From Amphiscolops sp. MND2022 (lineage: Eukaryota): DNA of 64,000 nucleotides. Positions 37,460 to 49,700 of this stretch are shown piece by piece (position 1 is the first letter of the stretch; the number at the start of each line of letters is the position of its first letter). The stretch covers positions 55,988,001-56,052,000 of the forward strand of contig OZ076409.1 in the NCBI GenBank assembly GCA_964187785.1. The letters are read 5' to 3'. The translations under genes were made by a program, and so were the position numbers. The notes beneath the pieces were generated by a model that was not told the DNA's origin, did no database searches, and was given only the letters and a program-made list of their open reading frames with translations.

Positions 37460-38810
37460 TTTGAATACTGGTGAGTTGCGTTTTACTAGGGAAAGCGGAG
37501 GTTCAAAATTTTACGCTGTCCGATTTTTTTACGTTAGATCCGAAGTCAATTGTGCTTCACAAAGGAGGAAGCGGAGGTTCAAAAGAAAACGCTTTCATTC
37601 GGCCCAGCACGCTATATGCGAACTTTCAACTTTATATCAGAAGTGAATTGCGTTTTACTAAGGAGAAGGCGGAGGCTGAAAGTTTTGCACTATCTTCTTT
37701 TTTCGAGGTTATATCCGAAGCAGGGTGACCACTTCGATCAACTCAAATTTCTGACCTACCAAAAATCTACAATTTCTGATCTGAAAAAGAACAATATGAA
37801 TTCAAAAATTATCGTCCCGCATCGTCCCATCATTCTGAATGAAAACATATATGGATGAAAAATGAAATTCAACTGAACATAGAAGAAATTATTTCATCAG
37901 ATATATTGTCTCGTCGGGCAATTACACCACTTTTCATCGCTTCCAGTTCTTGTTTGCGTTTTTTAGCTTGAACAAATGCAATCTCTGCTTCGGTGAGTTC
38001 TTTTCCTGCTTCTTGGAGCTCTCTGTCCAACGCTTTATCTGCTTTCCGCTTAAAAACCAGAACTTCGACATGTTTTCTATTATCACTTTTTTCGACTTCT
38101 TGAAGACTGCTCTGTTCATCTTTGTACATTTTTGATGCTGATTTGGCCAATTTTAGAAGTGATTCCGTCGGCTTGAAATCTTCGAAAGCATCCCGGGAAA
38201 AATTATCCGCCACAAGTCGGAAGCTGTTGTACATATCAACACTGAAGTTAGCTTGATAATTATCTTCGAAGAACTTCATTTTACTGAAACCTGACTATAC
38301 CATCATATTATGCGGACAGAGCACTGAACAACACTCCACTAATTTGGAGATACAGAGGTACCTGCCTGCATTTCGGCCACAATATTTGAACGAGCTACAG
38401 AAGTTACCGCTTTCATATGAATACTGCAAGCTTCGTGACGCTTCAGTGCTTGACTGCCACATTTTATGTCAATTAATTTTCCAGGGCAATACTTGCATTT
38501 GGCCTTATGTGCATTTTCAGGAACGGGTAATACCCAGCTAAATAAAGTCTTCCAAATATCTTGGAACTTACAGATCCCCATGAATCTGAAAAAAATATTT
38601 TTAATTAAACATAACTTTTATGTTAGAAAACTCCTAATAAATATCACAATAAATAGTTAGCTATTCTTCGTTGGTCAGAAACGTTTTCTGACCTAGGTTC
38701 GATTTCTGACCATTTCTGACTGGTCAGAAATTTCTGACCAAGTGGTCACCCTGATCCGAAGTAAATTGTGTTTCACTACGGAGGAGTTGAAGGTTCGAAA
38801 ATGACGCGCC
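37460..38810. repeat. Degenerate tandem repeat (~4 units of 70-95 bp) interrupted by a hAT element
   Basis: Recurring atccgaagt(g/c)aattg(c/t)g(t/c)tt(t/c)ac...gcggaggttcaaaa near 37470, 37540, 37640 and 37713/38762. Confidence 0.6.
37721..38753 (-). mobile_element. Internally deleted hAT-like transposon with BED-finger and C-terminal transposase remnants
   Basis: 14-bp TIR CAGGGTGACCACTT / AAGTGGTCACCCTG; 8-bp TSD ATCCGAAG (37713-37720, 38754-38761); tttctgac subterminal repeats; ORF 38581-38339 (W..AKCKYC...ALKRH...H) fused to LCPHNMMV*SGFS and ORF 38279-37869. Confidence 0.9.
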
Positions 38811-39563
38811 CCTCCTTGAGAAGATTCCCACTTTGGGTTTTCTCGGTACTGTGAAACAAAATTTATTCGAAAGGGAATTCTAAATGCTTTGAAGTACTTT
38901 TGCTTTTTGGGCCTCAAACGGGGCGCAGACCTTTGCCGTTCCCAGTTTGTTAATATCAGGCATTACGAACCTTTTTCTCGAAACATTTTTTTACTCAGAA
39001 GGTCATTCGTTTTTTTTTCGTTTTCACTTAGATAATAAGTTTTTTTAATGAAAATTTTTGCACTAAGTTAATTCTTCTGTTTTTCAGTTATTATAATGTT
39101 TGGGTATAATTCAACACTCTCAGACTCACGAAAACTATCCTATAACCGCCCTGGGTTATTTGAAAGACTTTACACGTTCTGAGCCTAAATCGCAGAAATA
39201 AAAGTTCTCAATCTCATAACGCCAAAAAACTGAAAATGGAGACCCATTTGGGTCTAAAAGGGTCTTCTTTTCTGACCAGAATTACATGAACCAGAACTTT
39301 TCTCCTGTTCTATCACCAGAAACAAATAAAGCGAAAACCCTTTTTGGTAATAATTTCTTTTAGTAAAAATGCACAGTGCTTACAAACGATTTTTCCTCTC
39401 GAAAAATTGAAAACAAAAACGAAGTTCCTGAAATAACATTCAACATCCGTTTCGAACCGAATATTTATAACAAAATATGAATGGGTAGATCTTTTCAAAC
39501 ACTTAAGTTGGTTGAGTTCCCTGAAAACAAAATTGAAAGATTGTCAGGCATGAACTGTTCCAT

Positions 39564-39980
39564 CTGTTGATGATCTTGACATCCCGCGTCTGCCAGTTGA
39601 AAAATTGAAGAGTTTTCAATGGTCCTTGTGAAAGAAAATTATTATCCAAGCTTCAAATATTTTCTTTCAACAAGGGTAGCTCTCTGCTTTGCCCCGAGAC
39701 ATACTTCTGGTACTCCTTGAAGAAAGTGACCCCAAAACTAGACGAAGTATTAACGCTTTGCTACTGAAGCCAAGGGTTTGGCTAAAATTCCTGTCAGCCA
39801 ATTATTGGCTCTCTACGAAAGAACAGCAATGCCTTATCCGATTATATTAATATTATCTCAATAAGAACCTGTCTCAAAAATAAACAGAGGAAAAGCAGGT
39901 CTCCGAGTTCTGTGAACATGTGGGTCCAAAGGCTATTCAAAACATAATACTGTCGTGTTTTGATCTTGTGCTAAGTAGCC
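39564..39980 (+). pseudogene. ATE1: Inverted, decayed duplicate of the last intron part and last exon of ATE1
   Basis: Aligns with the reverse complement of ~57367-56955 (ggtagctctctgctttgccccgagacatacttctggtac...gtgctaagtagcc) with several frameshifting indels. Confidence 0.9.
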
Positions 39981-39984
39981 ACGA

Positions 39985-40119
39985 CAGAAGCTTTTACTTT
40001 TGGGGCGAATCTGCCAAGTAATTCAACGGGACTCTGGCGTCAGTTGGTTTCTGATGCCAATGGGTGACTAGTATCCGTCCATTACGATCAATCTTGAAAT
40101 CTAGATAAACTATTGAGCT
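39985..40119 (-). pseudogene. Penelope-like element RT fragment, 3' half
   Basis: IVYLDFKIDRNGRILVTHWHQKPTDARVPLNYLADSPQK*K fits the PLE pattern FLD...T.WYxKPT...LNY.S..P...K. Confidence 0.7.
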
Positions 40120-40332
40120 TGTTGTAGACTTTGTCAAAAAGTCGTATACAAAAAAGATTAAATTTATTATTGCGCGAATTTAGTTTTTAATGAGTTTTGA
40201 AGAGCGTGAATTGATCAAAAATTTGAAAAGAGAAACAACGAAAAAGCATGAACAAGTCTAAGTAAAGTATCAAATTGTTTTTCACGTATTCACGCGGTAT
40301 TGCTTCATTGACAGAATATTTGAGCTTCAACA
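40120..40332 (-). repeat. 3' LTR of the BEL element (213 bp)
   Basis: Direct repeat of 45992-46212 with a few substitutions and two small indels. Confidence 0.95.
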
Positions 40333-41027
40333 TTTCTGGCCCCCTTGAAGCCAGCAGCTTCAATATTTCCGAGAGTACATGTGATGTAATTTGTGCATGA
40401 CAAGTTCAGAGTCCAATGGATAGCACAAATGAATCGTCATTGATTATTATAATCTGCCCATTAGATTGAGTCCAATCAAGATGTAAATATCTCCAACCAA
40501 TAATCAGATAATTGACATCTATCTGTTGATGCTTTTGATGTAAGAGATTAAAGCAGCGTAGTTCTGATAAATTTAGTTAGTAAACGCTGAAGAAATCAAT
40601 CACTGCAAGAAATTGTTCGATGAATGAAGAAGTCGAGTATGGAAGTCACACTCAGCAGTAGCAATTGAATGTGAGTCATTGATAAACAAACATGAAATCA
40701 AAATGGATAATACTATAAAGGATCTTAATCATTTGAAGCTCTATTTGATGAGTAATTCAAGTTCCATCGAGTATTTCTTTTTCAAATTTATTCAAAATTT
40801 GATGAGATTTTGTGATATAAAACTCAGGGTATGTTGTATTTAAAATCAACTCCATCGGAGATGAGCAGTCAGTCAGAGATGTGAGGGGTATCATTGCATT
40901 TAGGAGACTCTTGCGGAGATTTGTACATCCCAGATTTTCGAAATTCGACTGTAATGTTGATTTATGAGGTTTTGAGTTCGAAAACTTCTTTGGTATTTCT
41001 TCACTCAATTATTTATGTGAGCGAGGG

Positions 41028-44000
41028 TTACTGAAGCTGGCGACTGGTTGGATTTTGAATGGGGAGCCATCTGACTTTTACTACAGGTCGAATCAAGTTT
41101 CCGTTTGATGTTATCAACGTTACAACTCTGCTAATATAATCATTTCCAGTATACAATTTCTCATATCGAGCCAATTGCCATCCAAGAGGTGAAAGATCAT
41201 CTTCAGCAAACAGCACTAAATCGCATTGCGCAAAAGATGATCCCGAAGCAAGCCGTTTTTTTTCGTACTTGGGGTATTACCAGATAGTCTCTGTACCAGG
41301 ACTTCCAAAAAGACAAAACCAGTGTGAATCTCTGAGACAATGAGATATTTTCTTCCATGTTTTCAATTGCCGAAGGGATATCAATGGCTGGTCTTCCTAG
41401 TAGAAAGTGTGCTGGAGTTATAGGCTGCAGATTGTTGGGGTCATCAGACCTAGTTGCCAATGGTCTAGAAATCAGAATTGAGTCGAGTTGTATCACAACG
41501 GTGTTAAGTTCTTCGAATGAAAGAATATGCAATCCAACTTTTCGTCGCAGATGCCGCTTCATGCTTTTAATAGCAGCTTTCCATAGGCCTCCAAAGTGCG
41601 GTGCTCTAGGGGAAATTGTCAGTCATTCTATTCCTAGTAGCGAAACGAAATTGCCAATTGATTTTTCATTGCCATCTTTGTTTATTATTTCCTGTAGTCG
41701 TATCATGTCATTCCTTGTTCCGATAAATCTTCGTCCGTTGTCACTGAAAAGCTTTTTTTGGCAATCCTCGTCTGGCAGTAAATCGTTTTATGGCTGACAT
41801 GCAAGCTTCCTTAGTCAAATTTTCTACAAGTTCAATGTGTACTGCTTTGATTACAAAACATACAAAAACAGCAATGTATGTTTTCACCTATGGTTTGGTG
41901 AAGATTGGTCCTGCAAAATCTAGTATTACTGTTTGGAAAGGTTTCGCAACTGTAATTCGTTCCATCGGGAGGTCCGCCATCATTTGCATCGGTGGTTTGT
42001 TTTCGAATCTGCTGCATATAACACAATCCTTGATAACTCTTCTCGTTGTATCTTTGCCATTCAGTATCCAGAAATCCTCACGACTAGTGTTGAGCGTAAG
42101 CAGCCCGCCGCCATGAAGAGTCGCTTCATGATAACGCCTCAAAATCAGGACAGCTAGTGTGGACACTTTGCTCATCAAATATGGAAACTTCTTGGGAGTC
42201 TCTAAACTGTCTGTGACACGACCACCTACTCTGATCGTTTCGGTCTCAGTGTCGTAGAAGGATGACAGGTTGAGTGAAGTACGATCCTTTTTCAAACTCA
42301 ATCCTGTTTTAAAGCGTTCATTTCTTTCAGGAAAAAGAATCTTTGATGACTTCGTATAACATAATTCTTTGCAATTTCCAGATCTGTTGCTGATATGTTC
42401 TTCGAACGATCTTGCCTTCTCATTAATTGTATGGATATTTGCACGAAAGAAATTACCCGGAGTAATTTGTTAAAGCTGGAGAAACGTTCTTTATCCCATA
42501 ATTCTGTTGATTCTGTGGATAAACTCATGTTTGACGCACAATTGATCTCCATAGACTGTTGCATCGACTCTCTGGTGGGGGTACTTGATAATTGGGGTTG
42601 TGGTGGCCATTCTACTTCTGAAGCGTTCAAGAAGTCTGGTCTATTCCACCAAAGTTTACTATTTCACCATCAGCTCCGCGAGATGACAAGTCAGCAGGAT
42701 TATTTTGAGGGGACGTGGTTCTACTTGTTCCTTTGGAGAATGTCCTGGATTTCCGAAACTCGATTTGCGACAAACGTCGCCCAAGTTCGTGGAAGTTCGT
42801 TTCGAGGCAAACTGACTACCTTCACAGGCGCTACACGTGTTTCCCTAACTGGCAGTTGAGCTGAAACTGATCCACCTGATGATTGAAAACGACTGTACAC
42901 AGTCGCCGCATAAGCTTGCTCACTGGCATCAGTGAAAAGATGCAACTGGAAGTGCTCCAACTTTTTCTCTGGCAGAACACAGCGAGGAATCTGAAGTTTC
43001 TCTAACTGTTTGAGACTGCCACGTGATGACAACCATTCTTCTGTGATGTCGTTTGGCAATAAAGTAGCCCACTCAAGTTCCAATTGCCAAGTTTTTTCAA
43101 GAACGCACTTGTATTTAATGATGATTGGTCCCAACCATCCATTAGGATCAAAAAAATTTGAAATGTCTGAAAGAAGTGCTCTTTTTGTTTGTGTTCTGAT
43201 ATCGTCAAGATTGACCATGAAAGTGAATGTGTCAGGATTTGGGTTCCAACGAACTCGAAGAGTTTTAACATATTCTTTGTCCAGAATTTTGAAACTTTCT
43301 GCTGTTTCTCGTGAATTGTCAGGTAGGGAGAGCGTGATAGCAGAGTCGCTGCTGGTCCTATTGCTCAATTCAAATTCAAATCTTTTCAGTTCCTGAATCA
43401 ATGTGAGAACAAGTTCTTAAGCAGAATTATTGTCCGCTGCTGCACCCAGAGAATCATCGACGTAAAAATCATGCAAAATTGCTCTTGAGCGAATCATCCG
43501 AAATTCTGTTTGCTGTTTCTTGTAGACATCTTTTGGAATGAAATGAGGAAGATGCAATGCCATACGTCACCCGAGTCATTCTCAAGTAATTTATGGGTTC
43601 CTGTGATTTAACGCGCCAAAAGATGCGATGAATGACAATGCTATCTTGTGAAATCAGAAACGCAAGAGAGTGGAGTAAAAATCTGGCTGTAGTTTGGCGC
43701 CTATCATCAGAGTTTCATTCAGAGATTGTCCATTGCTGGTTTTTGCAGATCCTTCAAAGACCACTCTGAGCTTCGTTGTTGTCGAGTCTTTCTTGAATAC
43801 ACAGTGGTGAGGCAAGTAACAAGTTTCACAAGATGGTTTATCAACTTCGTCTGCTGGAATTTCTTCCAGGTGACCTAAGTCCAGGAAATCTTTTATGAAA
43901 GCTTTGTATTTTTCATGTAGTTGAGGATTTGCTGTCAGTCGACGTTCTAGTAGCAAGAATCGGCGTTTTGCTTGAAAAAAGCTGTCGCCCAATCCATGGC

Positions 44001-45932
44001 GTTTGCTTGAATGCTAATTTCACGATAAATCTTCTATCTTCGGCTTGTTTTGTGGTATCGATGAAGTGCTGCTCGCATTGAAATTCTTCTGTCATTTTTT
44101 GAGGCAGCTCAACTTCCTCCAGCTCCCAGAAATGTTTCAAGTCAATGTCTGTTTTCAGAACAGTTACAGTATGAACGTGATTAGTGTGTTCCCAAATTTT
44201 TCCAGAGACCACCCACCCGAGAATTGTATTTCGCAAATGGAGGCCGTTGTCTTTAGACAATTTTTCGTCCAAAACGATGTGTTCATTGACGTCTGGTCCC
44301 AAATTCAAATCAATTTGTCTAGATTCCATGAACTCGGGATCAGCGGGATTAATTGACCTTGATTGGAAACTTTGATTTTCACTTTGAAGGAATGAGTTGG
44401 AAGGAATTGAGATAAGTTTGGCATTACAAAAGCCTTTACATCGGAAGTTGAAACAGGGTGTTTTTGAAATCACTATCGAAGAACAAATATTCTGAGAACT
44501 AACGATTCCGTTTAATCGCAGGGCAGCTGGTGTGCGTTTCAATTGGAGTCGTTGTGCGCAATCTTCAGTCATCATACTCAATTCAGCACCACTATCAAGC
44601 AGAGCACGACATTTTAAAATGGAACCATCGGATACTATAACGGGAATTATTGCAGGGTCGAACTGCGATGTTGATTGATGCAAAGCTGTATTCTGATGGA
44701 TTGGTACTGTTTTCCTTGTATCTGCCTTTTCTGGATGCAATAGCGTATTGTGTTTCCTCTGGCATGTTTTGCATAGGGATTTTGAACTGCAATCCCGAGT
44801 CATATGTCCATATCCAAGGCAATTGAAGCACAATTTCGAGCTATACGCTAGATAACGTCTCTCGGTCAGTGACAAATTCTTGAGTCGATCGCACTGAAAG
44901 ACTGTGTGGATCTGAGCAAATGGGACAATGAACTGCTGTTGCTTCATATCTTTGAACTGTTTGTTGCTTGTGTGACGACTGGAATTGCTTTTCACTTCGC
45001 GGCAATTGTATTTTATTTTTCTCACACGCTTTTAGAGCTTTGGCACGTTTAATGATGAAATTTCGCAAATCATCGATTTTTCTGATATCATCACCAGCAC
45101 TATCAAGCTCCCACTGTCTTCTGCTTTCTGGGTCTAATTTCTAAGACACAATATGAACCCAGACAAAATCGACTTTGGTTGGTACTCATGGCTTCCATTG
45201 CCATCAAATTTTCATCAAGAGTTAGCTGAATCTCCGCAATCCTTCTGATGATTCAGAACGGAGAGGCAGAGCTTGCAAGATTGCATCCATATATGACTTC
45301 AGAATTAGCCGTTTGTTGGAATACTGATCCTGCAACAATTTCAATCCGATTCTATAATTTGAGGCTGTTAAGGGTAAGTGCGAGAGATATACTGCGGCTT
45401 CGTCTTGCAAAGATGCTTTTAAGTAATTCAGTTTCTGTATGTCTGAAATACTATCGTTCCTATCCACGGCAGATTTGAACTGGTCAGAGATTGGCACCCA
45501 GTCTTTATATTTCCCTGTGAATTTTGGAAGGTCAAATTTTGGCATTTTCAAACCTGTTGTTTTGTTTGTTGAATGAGAGGGTGTCTCAGCAGGCTCTTCA
45601 ACGGCTAGCCTAGTCAAGGTTTTTTAATTTCCTCGAGTTGTCCCCTGAATTTTATCCCAATGTCGTAGCGAATCTCGTTTTCTTCATCCATTGAGTCGTC
45701 TGGATTGATTTTATCCGAAAAAGCTTCGCTCAGTTTCTCCACTTTGATGGAGGGTAAGCTTTGATTGTAGCATTGTGTGAATGCTTTACAAGCAACTAAT
45801 ATCTTCAACTGTTACATCGATTGCATCTTTCCCTGCAATGGGATTGATTTTTATCGAATTCTTTGTAATGATTACCAAGATGTTGGATCTTGATCGGCGC
45901 AATTGTTCCAATGTCTTCGCATCCAGCGACAT
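41028..45932 (-). pseudogene. BEL/Pao gag-pol, frameshifted
   Basis: LPKFTGKYKDW (DUF1759-type gag), CFNCLGYGHMTRDC..CKTCQRKHNTLLH, ALLDSGAE protease, YLPHH..STTTKLRVVF and FYVDD RT, LHLFTDASEQAYA RNase H, H...HGG..C..C, LDFAGP, PITPAHFLLG, FWKSW integrase and C-terminal domain. Confidence 0.95.
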
Positions 45933-45991
45933 GTTGACTGAATTGTTTGGTCCGGTAACAGTTGAATCCCGGGTCGTATCGCACCAATAAA

Positions 45992-46212
45992 TGTTGTAGA
46001 CTGTCAAAAAGTCGTATACAAAGAAGATTTAATTTATTATCGCGCGAATTTAGTTTTTATTGAGTTTTGAAGAGCGTGAATTGATCAGAAATTTCCAAAG
46101 AGAAACAATGAAAAAGCATGAACAAGTCTAAGTAAAGTATCAAATTGTTTTTCACGTGTGTTTATTCTTTCACGCGGTTTTGCTTCATTGACAGAATATT
46201 TGAGCTTCAACA
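45992..46212 (-). repeat. 5' LTR of the BEL element (221 bp)
   Basis: Followed on the minus strand by a 5-nt spacer and TGG-starting PBS. Confidence 0.95.
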
Positions 46213-46360
46213 GAGCTATTTCGCATGTATACTAGAGATTCTTATCCAAACCGTTGATTTCAGCCAGAATAACACTGGCGTCGTCCGGATTGACGGCTGT
46301 CAGGATGTCATCCATGTATCGAAAGTAGAATAGGCGACCAGACGCAATTTTTGGGTCCAA
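46213..46360 (-). pseudogene. Penelope-like element RT fragment, 5' half (YMDD motif)
   Basis: RLFYFRYMDDILTAVNPDDASVILAEINGLDKNL*YTCE; continues on the far side of the BEL insertion. Confidence 0.75.
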
Positions 46361-46761
46361 CTGTTTCTTTGAGAACATTAAAGCGGCAAGTACCTTTCGG
46401 GAGAAACCCCTGAACTTAGAGACCAAATGGGAATTTTGAATTACGAAAAGAATTTTCAGACTTCTATGTCCAACCAGGCTATTCAGTGGCATGTGTAACT
46501 CATTTCATTTAAAGGGTTTTAGATGAAGATTGCCGATTAAAAATTTCTTGAAAACCGTTTTCAAGAAACCGTGACGGCTTTCTTGATTAAACAAAAGTAT
46601 CAATTGAAAAGACAATTGAAAAAACAGAATTGATATGCCAGTAAATTCTAAAATAAAACAGTATTTGTTTCAAAAAGGCAAAAAAATTTACAGCCAAATA
46701 ACCTCAATTTAGATAGATTCTTCGTTCTTTTTCACTATTTGCAAAAGATTTCATTGGATAA

Positions 46762-49700
46762 CTAACAACAGTTTCTTCTAAGAGTCCAATTTTTAGCATT
46801 CGAAGTACCTTTCAACGTGTATTCAAATATATCAGCGCGGAACGCTTGTCCTGGATGACTGATAATAAAGCTATATGTCTGTATATCCATTCTGACAACA
46901 TTCAAAAACTCTGGGCATGGGATATCTTCCTTTTCCATGTTTTTGTATTTTTCCTCAATCAAATGTCGCTCATTAGAATACTTCTGAAGATCATCACTGC
47001 ATTCAGTCCCTTGATTGGCTGAACAAAGCCATCCAATCATATCTTCTTTAACCTGTTTCCGCCAAAGATCGTCTCTCAAAGCATTCGGCCTTTTTAAGGG
47101 TTAAACTGAATTCATCTCTTTTGTAACGTTCATTAAAAAATGATCAGATCAATTTTGGATCCAAAAACCGGACTTATGAACGACATCCGTACCCGACCAT
47201 ATTCTTATGGTCCACAGACTCCCTAAGATGAACCTACTGAAGAAAAAGTCCCATGAAATTAGACCGATAAACGGTTCCAGAATAACTTCAATTTGAGATT
47301 TTGTGAGACTTGAACAGATTTTGGATATTATAAACGGCAGCAAACACACCCCTCCAACACTTCAAATATGCAGCACAGATCCCCCTGTTCCCAAAAAACA
47401 GTCCTCCCACAGTCTAATGATCCAAGACGCTACTTGCAAGTCATATGTTTCAAGTCATATCTAATTATGCTAGTTCAAATATTCAAGTTCTAACTATACC
47501 TATAACGGAATTCAGTCCATTTTTGGTTCCTTCTCAATCTAGTCTAAGCCACACTTGATTTTCCTGTGAATAGCTAGTCTCAATTGACACCTTCACAATT
47601 TGTCACCTTATGAAGCATGTTGCAAGTTGTACCTCCTGACGATGTTCCGATTTAACAGATTACACTAATGATTCAGAACTTGCACGGCGATTTTGGCAAT
47701 AAAAAAGCGCATATGAGTATAACCAGTGGTGACCAATACAAAAGAATTCTGAAAAATCCTGGATCCTACCAAACCGGGAACGGCCTAATCCGGTGCCCGC
47801 TCAAGGTTTAAACTTTACTTTTGCAACTATGCAAAAGGACACTATTGTGATTTTTCATCAAATTTACAGTGCCAGAAAATACCCAAAGGGTTTCTTAGAA
47901 CACTCAAAACAGCTTCTTCATCAACTCGGAACATCAAAAAACCCAACGTTTGAACAAAAAATTCGAGAACATGTTCCTTTCAAATAATGTCGCATTGTTT
48001 GTGTTTTCCGTAATTATTCAGAAACCTCTCTTAGGTTCCAAAGAACCAAAACAAAACAACCAAAGATGTCATCCTTTGGACTGTAAACGGTTATCGTTAA
48101 CAAAAAAACTTTTAAAAATGGGGGAAATTTTTCTTTGGCAAAACGTTTTTTCAGTCAGTAGCATAATGCCGAGAAACCCTACGTCGGTCTCTATTCTCAC
48201 GAAACACCTTGCTTCTGCTAAACGTTGAAGGGGAGCTTCGGTAAAAAAATCATTAAAATCGAATAGTGCCGATAAAACCATAAAATGGCGACCCTTTGGT
48301 CTTTCCTCTATCTTGGCACGCATTAAAAAATCGGTTTTGTGCAGGACACGAACCCACGTACTCCTGCTTCTCAGGTACTGTCGGAGGGCCTGAAAATCCA
48401 CATTAACCGCGGGGACAAAAAGATCAAGTTAGCAAGTTAGTTACAACTTAGAGAACGTTTTTCAAGCAAGAAAAACACCAAAAGTTGTGATCTAAAGTCA
48501 ACTCTCTATCTTATACATATCAAAATATCATTTTCCAACTTCGTGAATATTGCTCACAGAAACTTCACACGAATTTCTTTCAAAATTAGATAAAATTCTA
48601 ATAAGATTACAAAAAATGACAATTCTGAGTTGTTTTTAATCGGTGCTTTTCATTACTTAAAATGGCCAGACTAATACAGTCACTTGTTCAAGACAGACAC
48701 GATTACGACGATATGAATAGAGCACCGGCTTCTAGTCTATTTTCTGACCAATTGTACTACCAAAGGCTAAAGCGTCCTCTAAATTTCCCTTTTTACACAA
48801 CCTACGAAACAAAAACTGTGCAAAAGATTCCCCTTTTGCTTTCTGACACTTAGGGTTGATAAAAAGGCTGTTTTACGCCCTAAGGGTGTTTGGTGTTTCT
48901 CAGCGATGTGAGATCAGAATTTTCATAAACACAGCGTTTTAGCATATTTGAAAGACTTGGCAATTTTGGAGCCTTGAGCGACCCGCACATTTGATACGGT
49001 GTGTTGTTGAGCATAATGCACTAAAAGTTCGAAAATGTTCAAGTCCCTTACTTTTCAAAGCACTGAACATCAAAAGGCATCACATTGCTGAAATCGGCCT
49101 CACTAGGACACGATATTTTTCCAAAAAAATAGTTCACAACAAAATTTCTGCCAAAAGATTAATTTACTGCCAAAAGATTAATGATTCTGTCCGGATTAAT
49201 TTACTTCCATTTTCGAATCTGAATAAAGTAGAACGTTAATTCTTAGCTTTTTTAGTCAAAGCTTTTCCCAAGAAAAGACTCGACTATAGTGATGGCTTTT
49301 CGTCAGTTTTTTTTTCGTTACACATGAGCTGTCCGAAATAGTTCCACCCTTCAATTTTGGCAATCTACATACTACATTTGAACAGTAAAGGAGTCCCTTT
49401 CGACAATAACACAACCCATACCATTTAACGCAAATCCGATATAACGAATTCCGGAAACCCCTCGCTTTCTTCACAGATTTCGCTTTCACACTACCTACTT
49501 GAGAAAAGGTAGTTTTGCGAGCTGGAAATTTTTTTCAGCACAGACTTATCAGAAAAATCATTTTTTCCCGCAAAACGGATTTTTTGTTTCCAGTGGGGAA
49601 AAATGTTGTTCCTGAGTCTTGTGCGTATCCTTTGGGGTATTTTTCGGCACTGAGAAAGTGATAAAGGTTTAAGAACAGTGTCCTTTGCATTTCAAGAAAC

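Larger units (their letters stand above)
40120..46212 (-). mobile_element. Full-length, decayed BEL/Pao LTR retrotransposon
   Basis: TG...CA LTRs 45992-46212 (5') and 40120-40332 (3'); 5-bp TSD GAGCT on both sides; PBS TGGTGCG... at 45986; PPT-like AAGGGGGCCAGAAA before the 3' LTR; BEL gag-pol domain order. Confidence 0.97.

Noticed and set aside
41357..45990. Plus-strand ORFs inside the BEL element
   Set aside because: Antisense shadows of gag-pol with no motifs.
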